Positions 48,160 through 57,176 of a DNA stretch of 64,000 bases are shown here, in pieces. The translations under genes and the position numbers were made by a program. Origin of the DNA: Bacillales bacterium UBA6877 (GTDB taxonomy: Bacteria; Bacillota_I; Bacilli_A; RFN20; CAG-826); NCBI GenBank assembly GCA_002451465.1, contig DKCJ01000015.1:75448-139447 (forward strand), written 5' to 3'. Each line of letters starts with the position of its first letter. Position 1 is the first letter of the stretch. A model generated the notes under the pieces. That model saw only the letters and a program-made list of their open reading frames with translations. It did not search any database and was not told the DNA's origin.

Positions 48160-48957
48160 TTAATAAGTGTTCTTGAATGTTACAGTACCCGCTGCAGAAT
48201 TTTCATGATACCATTCAGTGCCATAGTATTTTATTGTATGTGATATATCAACAAATGGCACACCATCAAATTTAAATGTAAACATCCCATAAAAATAAGA
48301 TGCATACCTAGTGTAATTAGAAATATAACCATCATAATATGTCGTAGCATATATATCATCATAAAAATCGCTTTTGGAAGTAATTTCTAATTCCGACCAG
48401 TCATAAGAAATGCCACAACTTAAATTTGCATTATCTAATTCAACCCCAATTGATAAACTTGTTGCCCCTGTCAATATACCATTAGTAGGCGTAAATTTTT
48501 TTAGTTCCTCGCCCGACCTTAAATCACAATAAGTCTCGATACTTCTAAAATACCAGTTATCACTATTACTATTGATTCCTAAAAAACCATAATCTCTACA
48601 TTGTTTAGGAGATACACCTATTCTATAAATAAATGCATAATTTTCTTTAGAATATATGTTTTGTAGCATAACTTCATCAACTTCAGTAGTATGATTTGCC
48701 TTGTTTGCTTCTTTATAAGTATATTCGTGATGGAAAAAAGTTCTATCTGGAGTATAAATTGGTTTCCAAGAATCACCAATATTAAATCCTAATGTATCGC
48801 AATCTGCCTTAAATTGATTTAATTCACTATTATTACTATTCAAATTAAATTTCTTATAATTTGAATTTAAGGATTCACAATCAACAACGTTAACAAACAC
48901 AAGCGGTAATAAAGAAAATTTTAATATATATTTCTTAAGTTTTGTCTCTAAAAACAT
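48160..48957 (-). CDS. Secreted or membrane-anchored aromatic-rich protein, unknown function
   Basis: N-terminal hydrophobic signal (KFSLLPLVFVNVV). The mature part is rich in Y/F/W/N/S/T, with alternating patterns that suggest beta structure. There is a 2-nt gap to the lipoprotein gene. GGAGG RBS. Confidence 0.6.
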   Translation of the reverse strand: MFLETKLKKYILKFSLLPLVFVNVVDCESLNSNYKKFNLNSNNSELNQFKADCDTLGFNIGDSWKPIYTPDRTFFHHEYTYKEANKANHTTEVDEVMLQNIYSKENYAFIYRIGVSPKQCRDYGFLGINSNSDNWYFRSIETYCDLRSGEELKKFTPTNGILTGATSLSIGVELDNANLSCGISYDWSELEITSKSDFYDDIYATTYYDGYISNYTRYASYFYGMFTFKFDGVPFVDISHTIKYYGTEWYHENSAAGTVTFKNTY

Positions 48958-48980
48958 TAATTAAAACCTCCATTGTATTT

Positions 48981-49008
48981 ATTATAATCTTTACAACATC
49001 TTAGTCAA
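48981..49008 (-). promoter_or_regulatory. Near-consensus sigma-A promoter for the three-gene module
   Basis: On the minus strand, TTGACT (49008-49003), a 16-nt spacer and TATAAT (48986-48981). GGAGG follows at 48971-48967 and the ATG at 48957. Confidence 0.55.
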
Positions 49009-49150
49009 CAAAAGCAAAATACTATCTCTTTTCATATAAAAGTGTCTAAATATCAATAAAAATTAAAATTTATTCAGCCATTTATTTTTTATAAAAACAT
49101 CGAAACATTAAAACATTTAAAAATTTTTAAAAAACCTCTATATTTAATGC

Positions 49151-49203
49151 AACAAAAAATCCCCCAAAAAAATATTAAACTTAATTAGCAAAATTTTGGG
49201 GGA
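49151..49203 (-). terminator. Possible terminator downstream of tRNA-His
   Basis: 10-bp stem TCCCCCAAAA / TTTTGGGGGA (49194-49203 and 49160-49169) followed on the minus strand by TTTTTTG. The loop is unusually long at 24 nt. Confidence 0.4.
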
Positions 49204-49217
49204 AATTTCATTCAATC

Positions 49218-49295
49218 TGGGGCGAAATACGGGGATCGAACCCGTGAAATGCTTGGTTCACAGCCAAGTGAGTTAACCGCTTCTCCAATTTCGCC
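49218..49295 (-). tRNA. tRNA-His (anticodon GTG) with encoded G-1 and CCA
   Basis: Manual cloverleaf: G-1, acceptor GCGAAAT/ATTTCGC, anticodon arm CTTGG-CTGTGAA-CCAAG, T arm ACGGG-TTCGATC-CCCGT, discriminator C73 pairing with G-1, and a 3-prime CCA. Confidence 0.85.
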
Positions 49296-49396
49296 ACATG
49301 CTTTATTATCTTATTATAAAGCGATATTAAAAGCAAGAAATTTAAAGATTTCTGAACTAAAATATAAAAAATTTATGTATCTCTTTTTATAAATGG

Positions 49397-49738
49397 TTAA
49401 TCAACAAATAAACCATTATCGATTTTTTCTAAAACACTTAATAAAGAAAGCATCGTATCTTCTTTATTTTGTGCACAAAGCAACATACCATTACTTTCAA
49501 TTCCTCTAAATTTGTGAGGCTCTAAGTTTACAATAGCAACAACTTGCTTACCAACAACATCTTCAGGTTTATAGTACATTGCTATACTAGATATTATTTG
49601 TCTTTGAAATTCACCAAAATCAACTTGGAAAATAAGTAAACGATCAGCATTTGGGTGCTTTTCACATTTAGTGATTGTTCCTACTCTAAGATCTAATTTG
49701 TCGAATTCATCTAAACTACAAATTGGTTTAATTTCCAT
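49397..49738 (-). CDS. csaA: tRNA-binding domain protein (CsaA/Trbp111/EMAP-II-like)
   Basis: LDLRVGTITKCEKHPNADRLLIFQVDFGE...VVAIVNLEPHKFRGIESNGMLLCA is the OB-fold tRNA-binding domain. Confidence 0.8.
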   Translation of the reverse strand: MEIKPICSLDEFDKLDLRVGTITKCEKHPNADRLLIFQVDFGEFQRQIISSIAMYYKPEDVVGKQVVAIVNLEPHKFRGIESNGMLLCAQNKEDTMLSLLSVLEKIDNGLFVD

Positions 49739-49756
49739 GCTTTTCTCCTTTAAGTT

Positions 49757-52654
49757 TTAATTTAATTTTCTTATTATATCAAATAAAGCGCTATTATTTC
49801 CAATATCTTTTTCGTTACCAACAACACATAAATTTGATTTATTAATTAACTCCTCAACTGATTTTGCTAAATTAACTAAATCATCATTTGTTGTCGCCAA
49901 TAATTCATTATATGATTTTAAAATTTCATCATAAGTTAAATCAGTTATTAATCTATTAAAAGCAACTTTACCTTTTCTTTTAACATGCAAAACCATAATT
50001 AAGTTACTAATTGCACCTATCTTAAGTTTTAACATATCTTCATCAGTATAATTCATTTTTTTTATGAAATTAGGAATATTTCTATAAACTAAATCAGTTT
50101 CTAAAACGTGTGGATCTCTATAAGAGGCAATAGCTAAACCCTTATTTTTAGACAAAACAAAATTAGCACCATATGCACCACCTTTTACACGAACATTTTG
50201 CCACATATAATCAATAGCAAGAGCATTTGATAAAACATCCATATGCCCAGAATATTTTATATTAGCATAAGAAAGTAAGGATGATCTAGCAACAAAATTT
50301 ATATCTGATTGCAAAATAAAAGCTTCTTTTTTTGCTTCAGTTTCACTAAATTCATCAACTTCATCAACATCAACCTTTTTCATTGGTAAACTTTCAAAAA
50401 ATAAATCGCTTTCTTTTTTGAAATAATCATTATTTTCTTTTTCTAAAGTTGCAAAACTACTAAAATTGTCTTTAACAAAAACCTCAGCAAAAAGTTCCTT
50501 CATTGATTTTATTAAGTCGTTCTTCTTTGTATTAAAATTGGTCAATAAATCATTTATAAAATAAATATAACCAATACCATTTATTTCATCATTGATATAA
50601 TCTCTTTTTGAAAAATTTCTTCTTGAACGATTTAAAGCTAAGACATGTCCATAATCAATAGCCCCATCAAGAATTGCTTTTTCACTGCCAATAATTTCGT
50701 AAATCTTCTCCTCATCAAATACAACATCATTAATTAATTCAAGAACAATTTTATTAACAAAACTTAACTTTTCTTTAAAGATAGAAAATTGGAAACTTGC
50801 TAATAATTTATAATCTAACGAATTATTCATATTAAATATATCAAGACTTGTATCAAAATCACCAAAATTTTCGCTAATAAATTTATCTATTTCGATATTA
50901 TTATGTTTAGCCGTTTTAAGTTTAGATAAACAAATGGTTAAAAGTTTAAGTTCCTTAACTTTTTTATATGACACTTTAGTTGCATCAAATAAATATTCAC
51001 CATAAATTATATTGTTCGTAAAATAATTCGAATAATATAGATTATAGGAATTGCTTATTAATGAACACTCATAATTTTCTGGTTTTTCTTTTAAATCTTC
51101 TAATGTTAAATGAGGCAAAGACTCGATAACTTCTTTTGAGTCAGGAGTTGATTGATATTTTCTTAATTCTAAATTTAATTTTATAAGATTTTCCAATTCT
51201 TTATCACTTAATGATTTTTTAAAATTTGAAAGTTTTTCCTTAACCTTTTTTTCTCTTTCATCTTGAAGAGTAATCGAAGGCAATTGAGTTATCAATATAG
51301 AATGTTCATTATTTAATAAATATTTTTTAATTAGTTCTTCAAAATAACCATTATTAACATCATTTTTTAACTCATAAATATACTTTAAAATATCTAATTT
51401 TAAGAATGGTTCATCGTCATTATAAAGCCATGAATCCATTGATTTTAAAATAATTGTTAATCCTAATGGAAAGCTTGAGAATTGATTCTCTCTAACTTTA
51501 AATTCAAAATTATTTAAATAAGCAATAATTGCTTCATGATCTAATCCGTTTTTTACAAGGTTAACAAAAGTAGAATTGCATATTTTTAAGAATTCCTCTT
51601 TTTGATTTTTCTTTGCATTTTTAACTAAAATCTCAAAATGATTATTTTTTATTCCGCCTTGATTGCCTCCGCTTACATCACTTCCAATACCGGCTTTTAA
51701 AAGATTCCCTTTTAAAATTGCACTAGGAGAATCAATTAAAATTTTATTCAATATATCAAACGCAATATCTTCTTTCGTATTTAAAGAACTTCCTAAAGTA
51801 AGTGCATATGCAAAAGAGGCAACATCTAAATTGTTATCATCTTTAGAAACAGGATAGTAGATTGTCTTTTCAACAAATTTTTCACTCGTAAAACCATCAT
51901 CAATAAGAGGATTTACATCAATTTTATCAAATTTTGATAAGTATTCTTCATCTAAATATTTAAGTCTTTCCTCAAAATCCATTTTTCCATAAAGAAAAAT
52001 ATAAGAATTACTTGGGGAATAATATTTCTTATGGAAATTTATAAAATCTTCATAAGTTAAATCTGTAATATGTTCAGGATCTCCTCCACTTATATATTTA
52101 TATGTAGAATTTGGGAATAAATTATTTAAAACTGCTTCTGAAAGCACTTCATCTTTATTAGATAAAGCCCCTTTCATTTCGTTATAAACAACTCCATTAT
52201 ATTTAATTTCATCATCCTTATTGAACACTTCATAATGCCAACCTTCTTGTAAAAATACATTTTTACACGTATACATTTTTGGAAAGAAAACAGCATCTAA
52301 ATATATATCCATTAAATTTTTAAAATCTTTCGTATTTGTGCTTGCACATGGATACATTGTTTTATCAGGGAAAGTAAAAGCATTTAAAAATGTATTTAAA
52401 CTTCCTTTAATTAATTCCACAAAAGGATCTTTGAGTGGATATTTTTTACTGCCGCATAAAACGCTGTGTTCAATGATATGCGTTACACCAGTTGAATTTA
52501 TAGCTGGTGTTTTAAAAGCAATCGTAAAAACTTTATTATTATCATCCGTGTCAAAAAGACAAATTCTTGCACCACTTTTATTGTGTCTTAAAATTGTTGC
52601 TTTTACATTTATTTCGGATAATGTTTTCTCTATAAGTTTAGTATATTTTTCCAT
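49757..52654 (-). CDS. M16-family zinc metallopeptidase (PreP/M16C-like, 965 aa)
   Basis: Inverted zinc motif HIIEHSVLCGS (HxxEH) near the N-terminus, plus the downstream E in YNEMKG. The length and four-domain size are typical of M16C. Confidence 0.8.
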   Translation of the reverse strand: MEKYTKLIEKTLSEINVKATILRHNKSGARICLFDTDDNNKVFTIAFKTPAINSTGVTHIIEHSVLCGSKKYPLKDPFVELIKGSLNTFLNAFTFPDKTMYPCASTNTKDFKNLMDIYLDAVFFPKMYTCKNVFLQEGWHYEVFNKDDEIKYNGVVYNEMKGALSNKDEVLSEAVLNNLFPNSTYKYISGGDPEHITDLTYEDFINFHKKYYSPSNSYIFLYGKMDFEERLKYLDEEYLSKFDKIDVNPLIDDGFTSEKFVEKTIYYPVSKDDNNLDVASFAYALTLGSSLNTKEDIAFDILNKILIDSPSAILKGNLLKAGIGSDVSGGNQGGIKNNHFEILVKNAKKNQKEEFLKICNSTFVNLVKNGLDHEAIIAYLNNFEFKVRENQFSSFPLGLTIILKSMDSWLYNDDEPFLKLDILKYIYELKNDVNNGYFEELIKKYLLNNEHSILITQLPSITLQDEREKKVKEKLSNFKKSLSDKELENLIKLNLELRKYQSTPDSKEVIESLPHLTLEDLKEKPENYECSLISNSYNLYYSNYFTNNIIYGEYLFDATKVSYKKVKELKLLTICLSKLKTAKHNNIEIDKFISENFGDFDTSLDIFNMNNSLDYKLLASFQFSIFKEKLSFVNKIVLELINDVVFDEEKIYEIIGSEKAILDGAIDYGHVLALNRSRRNFSKRDYINDEINGIGYIYFINDLLTNFNTKKNDLIKSMKELFAEVFVKDNFSSFATLEKENNDYFKKESDLFFESLPMKKVDVDEVDEFSETEAKKEAFILQSDINFVARSSLLSYANIKYSGHMDVLSNALAIDYMWQNVRVKGGAYGANFVLSKNKGLAIASYRDPHVLETDLVYRNIPNFIKKMNYTDEDMLKLKIGAISNLIMVLHVKRKGKVAFNRLITDLTYDEILKSYNELLATTNDDLVNLAKSVEELINKSNLCVVGNEKDIGNNSALFDIIRKLN

Positions 52655-52733
52655 TTTATTCTCCTAAAAACAATCAATATATTTTAACAATAAAAATATA
52701 AAATATTAAAAGAAAAATCTTATAGATGAAAAA

Positions 52734-53963
52734 ATGGAAATAAAATGTTATATTTTCAATGTTTCATTTTATATGCGAATATTTTTATTAATTATTATTT
52801 ATATTACATTCATTAGTTTAGGTCTTCCAGATTCTTTACTTGGTTCTGCTTGGCCATCAATATATAAAGATATCAATGTCCCTATTTCATATCTAGGAAT
52901 AATTACAATGACTATTTGTTTTATGACAATTATTTCTAGTGTTTTTTCAAATAAAGTTACATCAAAATTTGGAACAAGAAATGTAACAATTATTAGTGTT
53001 TTATTAACAGTTCTTGCTTTACTTGGTTTTTCGTTTTCAAACAATTTTTATATGCTGCTTCTCTTTGCTATACCTTATGGCTTAGGAGCTGGGGCTATTG
53101 ATGCTGCTTTAAATAATTATGTCGCTCTCCACTATAAAGCAAAAGATTTAAGTTGGTTACATTGTTTTTGGGGGGTAGGAACAATTATAAGTCCATTTAT
53201 TATGGGAAATGTATTAAAAGAACATAGTTGGAAATTTGGTTATTTAATTGTTAGTTTAATTCAACTTACAATTTTAATATTTTTAATTTCTACGATGCGT
53301 GTTTGGAACATAAATAATATAGGGACAAGAAAAGAAGAAACAAAACAAAAAGAAGTTTCAATAATTAAAGCAATTAAAATAAAAGGCGTCGTCTTTGTAC
53401 TTATCGCTTTTTTTGCATATTGTGCTTTAGAATCCACTACTATTCAATGGGCAAGCACTTATTTTGTAAAAGTTAAAAATTTAACAGAAGAAGTTTCGGC
53501 AACTTACGCATCATTATTTTTTATAGGTATTACTTTTAGTAGATTTATAAATGGTTTTGTCACCAACACTTTAAATGATAAGAAAATAATATTATCTTCA
53601 TGTATGATTGTTTTAATTGGAATAATTATATTATTTTTACCAATAAACACATATATAACCGCCTTAATTGGCTTTATTGTAATTGGTTTTGGTTGTGGAC
53701 CAATTTATCCATCAATAATTCACTCAACCCCAATTAACTTTGGAAAAGAAAATTCGAGTGCAATTATTGGTATTGAAATGGCTAGTGCTTATATAGGTTC
53801 TACCTTTATGCCACCATTATTTGGAATATTAGGAAATGCTTTAGACTTTAACATAATGCCAATTTATTTAGTTATATTTTTAACATTAATATTCTTTATG
53901 ATTATAATATCTTTTAATATAAAAGAAAAAGAGAGTAAAAAATATGAAAATATTAGTAATTAG
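52734..53963 (+). CDS. MFS transporter
   Basis: About 12 TM helices with a central loop (RKEETKQKE). The start is ambiguous, with an alternative ATG at 52773. Confidence 0.7.
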   Translation: MEIKCYIFNVSFYMRIFLLIIIYITFISLGLPDSLLGSAWPSIYKDINVPISYLGIITMTICFMTIISSVFSNKVTSKFGTRNVTIISVLLTVLALLGFSFSNNFYMLLLFAIPYGLGAGAIDAALNNYVALHYKAKDLSWLHCFWGVGTIISPFIMGNVLKEHSWKFGYLIVSLIQLTILIFLISTMRVWNINNIGTRKEETKQKEVSIIKAIKIKGVVFVLIAFFAYCALESTTIQWASTYFVKVKNLTEEVSATYASLFFIGITFSRFINGFVTNTLNDKKIILSSCMIVLIGIIILFLPINTYITALIGFIVIGFGCGPIYPSIIHSTPINFGKENSSAIIGIEMASAYIGSTFMPPLFGILGNALDFNIMPIYLVIFLTLIFFMIIISFNIKEKESKKYENISN

Positions 53964-54447
53964 TGATACTCATGGCGATACTTTAATAAAAGACAGAGTA
54001 TATGAAATAAATAAAGATTGTGGTTTATTTATTCATTGTGGAGATTATGATTTACCAGATTATATGATGATTCCTTTTAGGTATGTAAAAGGAAATTGCG
54101 ATTATTCAGAGGACGCTCCTCTTGAATTAAATATCAATACTCCTATTGGTTTAATTCATGTTGAACATGGTTCTTCCTACGCTTTTATTAATGATCCGCT
54201 TGAATATATAAAAAAGATAAATGCGAAAATTTTTCTTGTTGGACATACACATATTCCATTTTTTACTAAAATTGATAATACATACGTTTTTAATCCAGGA
54301 AGTTTAGTAAGACCAAGAAAAACTAATTTCGGTACATATCTTATTTTAAATATCAATGAAAAAACTAAGGAATTGACTTATCAATTTAAAGGAATCGATT
54401 TAAAAACATTGGAAATTTTTGATTATGATTTAAAAGAATTTAAATAA
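53944..54447 (+). CDS. YfcE/MJ0936-family metallophosphoesterase
   Basis: ISDTHGD, HCGD, GNCD and GHTH motifs in 167 aa. Confidence 0.85.
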   Translation: MKILVISDTHGDTLIKDRVYEINKDCGLFIHCGDYDLPDYMMIPFRYVKGNCDYSEDAPLELNINTPIGLIHVEHGSSYAFINDPLEYIKKINAKIFLVGHTHIPFFTKIDNTYVFNPGSLVRPRKTNFGTYLILNINEKTKELTYQFKGIDLKTLEIFDYDLKEFK

Positions 54448-54454
54448 ATTTATT

Positions 54455-55666
54455 TCATTGTTTATTATCTATTTTATCTTTAAAGCTTTGAGCACACTCT
54501 TTTGCTTCGCTATAACAAAGCATTATATTATATCCTCCACATAATCCATCTAAATCTAAAACTTCACCTAATAAATATACATTAGATTCTTTTTTTGATG
54601 AAAAATCTTTTTTATTTATATCATTTAAATTGACTCCACCAATTGTTACTTGAGAATTACTAAATGGGTAAAGTTCTTTAAATGTAAATGTTAAATTTTT
54701 AACAGTTGAAACTAATAGTTTCAATTCAAATAGTGATAATTTTTTATTTTTATTAAATATATTAGCTTCTTTATAAATGTAATCTGCAAGTCGCTTAGTA
54801 AAATATCCATATAAAAATGGAAAATTTTCTTTATTATCTTTATTAAACATTTGATAAACTTCTTCGTTTTCATAATCTTTAAAAAGATCTAATTTAATAA
54901 AGAATTCATTCAAAGAAGAACGAGCAATAATTGATGAAAAATCCATCATAACAATACCACTTAAAGCATCTTTTTTAAAAATTACTTCCCCACATTCTTT
55001 ATAAAGAAGTGTGTCATTATTCATTAAAGAAGCTTCAACCTTTATTCTTTCATTTTCAATACTTTTTACATTTTCTTTAACTTTTATTGGAGTAAGTCCA
55101 GGTTTTAAATTATTGATTTCATAACCATGTTTTTTAAGTGTTTCAATAAAATTTCCATCACTTCCTAAATTAGGAGAAGATAAACCTCCACAATCAATAA
55201 TTAAATAATCAAATAGATATTCTTGGCCTATATTAGTAATTAATTTATATTTTTTATCATTTTTATTAAATTTATAATCTAAAACTTTTACGTTATTAAT
55301 AAAATTAACATTTCTTTTTTTAAGATAATTTATAAGATGATCAATTAATGATTTGCTACTTAAAGAATAAGGATAAACTAAATTATCTATGTTTCTCGTT
55401 AAAACTCCAATTGAATTTAAAAATTTAATCAAAGAATTAGCGTCATTCTTTTTTATTAAATCATAAGCAAAATCATTATTATAAGAATGTTTATCAACTA
55501 TTAAATTAGCAAGATTACATCGCCCATTACCAGTAGCATATAATTTTTTAAATATTTTTTCATTTTTATCAATAAGGGTGATATCAATATCGTTTTTTAA
55601 TTCTCTTTTTATAACTAATGAAAAAAATAAACTTGCAGCACCTTGACCTATAATTCCTAAACGCAT
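54455..55666 (-). CDS. HI0933-family FAD-binding flavoprotein (BaiN/aminoacetone oxidase-like)
   Basis: N-terminal LGIIGQGAASLF, ATGNGRCNLAN, and C-terminal GEVLDLDGLCGGYN. Confidence 0.75.
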   Translation of the reverse strand: MRLGIIGQGAASLFFSLVIKRELKNDIDITLIDKNEKIFKKLYATGNGRCNLANLIVDKHSYNNDFAYDLIKKNDANSLIKFLNSIGVLTRNIDNLVYPYSLSSKSLIDHLINYLKKRNVNFINNVKVLDYKFNKNDKKYKLITNIGQEYLFDYLIIDCGGLSSPNLGSDGNFIETLKKHGYEINNLKPGLTPIKVKENVKSIENERIKVEASLMNNDTLLYKECGEVIFKKDALSGIVMMDFSSIIARSSLNEFFIKLDLFKDYENEEVYQMFNKDNKENFPFLYGYFTKRLADYIYKEANIFNKNKKLSLFELKLLVSTVKNLTFTFKELYPFSNSQVTIGGVNLNDINKKDFSSKKESNVYLLGEVLDLDGLCGGYNIMLCYSEAKECAQSFKDKIDNKQ

Positions 55667-55723
55667 AAAGATAAACTCCTAATCAATATGATAACAAAAA
55701 GAAATAAAACTTAAAAAGAATTT

Positions 55724-55752
55724 CATAAAAAAAGAAGGCCAAACGGCCTTCA
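55724..55752 (-). terminator. Rho-independent terminator after oppF
   Basis: GAAGGCC-gttt-GGCCTTC followed by TTTTTTT on the minus strand, directly after the stop at 55755. Confidence 0.8.
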
Positions 55753-55754
55753 TT

Positions 55755-57176
55755 TTATTTTGTTGTTTTCTTTTTTGTTGTCTTTTTATCTTCTTTTTTG
55801 TGTTCAATATCAAGTTCTTTAATTTCTTCTCTATATTTTTCCATTTCCTCAGTATTAGCAAGAATAAAGTGTCCTGGTAAAATCTCTTGTAAGACAGGTT
55901 TTTCTTTACTATAATCATGAACCTCTTTTGGATCATAAGTAATTCTCTTACGAGTTTTTTCTGTTAAAGGATTTGGTTTTGGAATTGCACTTAACAATGA
56001 TTTTGTATATGGATGAAGTGGATGTTTAAATAATTCATCACTTGTTGCAATTTCAACAAATTCACCAAAATACATAACCGCAATACGATCACAAAAATAT
56101 TTAACAACTGATAAATCGTGAGCAATAAATATTAATGATAAGCCCATTTCTTTTCTTAAATCATTAAGTAAGTTAATAATTTGTGCACGAATAGAAACAT
56201 CAAGTGCCGAAATTGGTTCATCACAAATTAGTAGTTTAGGATTCATAACAAGAGCACGAGCAATACCAATACGTTGTCTTTGACCACCCGAGAATTCGTG
56301 TGGATAACGATTTGTATAATCAGCAATCAAGCCAACTTTTTCTAATGCTTCAACAACTTTCTTATGATTTTCAGCTCTATTATGATGTCCTTGAATTTGT
56401 AAACCCTCACTAATAATTGATTCAACTGTCATACGAGGATCAAGAGAATCAATAGGGTCTTGGAAAATCATTTGAATTTCTCTCATTAAAGATGGATCAA
56501 CATGATTTTCATCGTGTTTAATTTGTTTAATTTTTGCTTTTTGAACTTTTACAATATTATCACGATAAGTTTTTTGCTCTAAATATTTTTTATTAAATTC
56601 TTCTTCGCTTATTTCACCATTTTTAAGTTTTTCTTTTAACTTTTTAAGAGCTTTTCTATAACGAATATTGGTATATTTTATTTCTTTTTGATTCCAACGA
56701 CTTCCTGCACCAATTCTATATCCTTTATAGTAAATAGAACCAGAAGTTATTTCATAAAGACGGATAATTGAACGTCCAGTAGTAGTTTTACCACAACCAG
56801 ATTCACCAACAATACCAAAACATTCGCCTTCATGAACTTGGAAAGAAACATCGTGAACAGCTTTTAATTTTTGAGCGTTTGGACCTTTTCCAAATTTAAA
56901 ATATTGTTTTAAGTGATTAACTGATAAAATGACATGATTATCAACATATTCTTGTTTAAATTTGCATTTACGCAATATACGATTAACTTTTTCTTTATGA
57001 TCACTAACACCTTCAAGTTCATCTTTTGTTGGTGCTAAATGCTCATTTTCATCATTATCATTTTTGCTCAAAATCTTTTCACTTAATTCATCAAAATTTT
57101 TACTATCATCAGCAAAGAGTGCCTTTGAAACTTTACTTGTAGTAACCTTACTTTTTTTGTTATTTAATTTGGTCAT
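55755..57176 (-). CDS. oppF: Oligopeptide ABC transporter ATP-binding protein OppF, expanded form
   Basis: Walker A GESGCGKTT, Q-loop IFQDP, signature FSGGQRQR, Walker B LICDEP. It also has an N-terminal extension of about 80 aa and an insertion of about 70 aa before the Q-loop. Confidence 0.85.
   Translation of the reverse strand: MTKLNNKKSKVTTSKVSKALFADDSKNFDELSEKILSKNDNDENEHLAPTKDELEGVSDHKEKVNRILRKCKFKQEYVDNHVILSVNHLKQYFKFGKGPNAQKLKAVHDVSFQVHEGECFGIVGESGCGKTTTGRSIIRLYEITSGSIYYKGYRIGAGSRWNQKEIKYTNIRYRKALKKLKEKLKNGEISEEEFNKKYLEQKTYRDNIVKVQKAKIKQIKHDENHVDPSLMREIQMIFQDPIDSLDPRMTVESIISEGLQIQGHHNRAENHKKVVEALEKVGLIADYTNRYPHEFSGGQRQRIGIARALVMNPKLLICDEPISALDVSIRAQIINLLNDLRKEMGLSLIFIAHDLSVVKYFCDRIAVMYFGEFVEIATSDELFKHPLHPYTKSLLSAIPKPNPLTEKTRKRITYDPKEVHDYSKEKPVLQEILPGHFILANTEEMEKYREEIKELDIEHKKEDKKTTKKKTTK

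Noticed and set aside
45053-49396. Genomic island integrated at tRNA-His
   Set aside because: There is no integrase, no direct repeat of the tRNA 3-prime end at the far boundary, and no obvious compositional break visible by eye. I kept it only as a low-interest note.
55679-55936. 85-aa Lys-rich ORF overlapping the 3-prime end of oppF and its terminator
   Set aside because: It overlaps the well-supported oppF frame and spans the GAAGGCC/GGCCTTC terminator hairpin. Its composition is an artefact of the K/E-rich oppF tail read in another frame.
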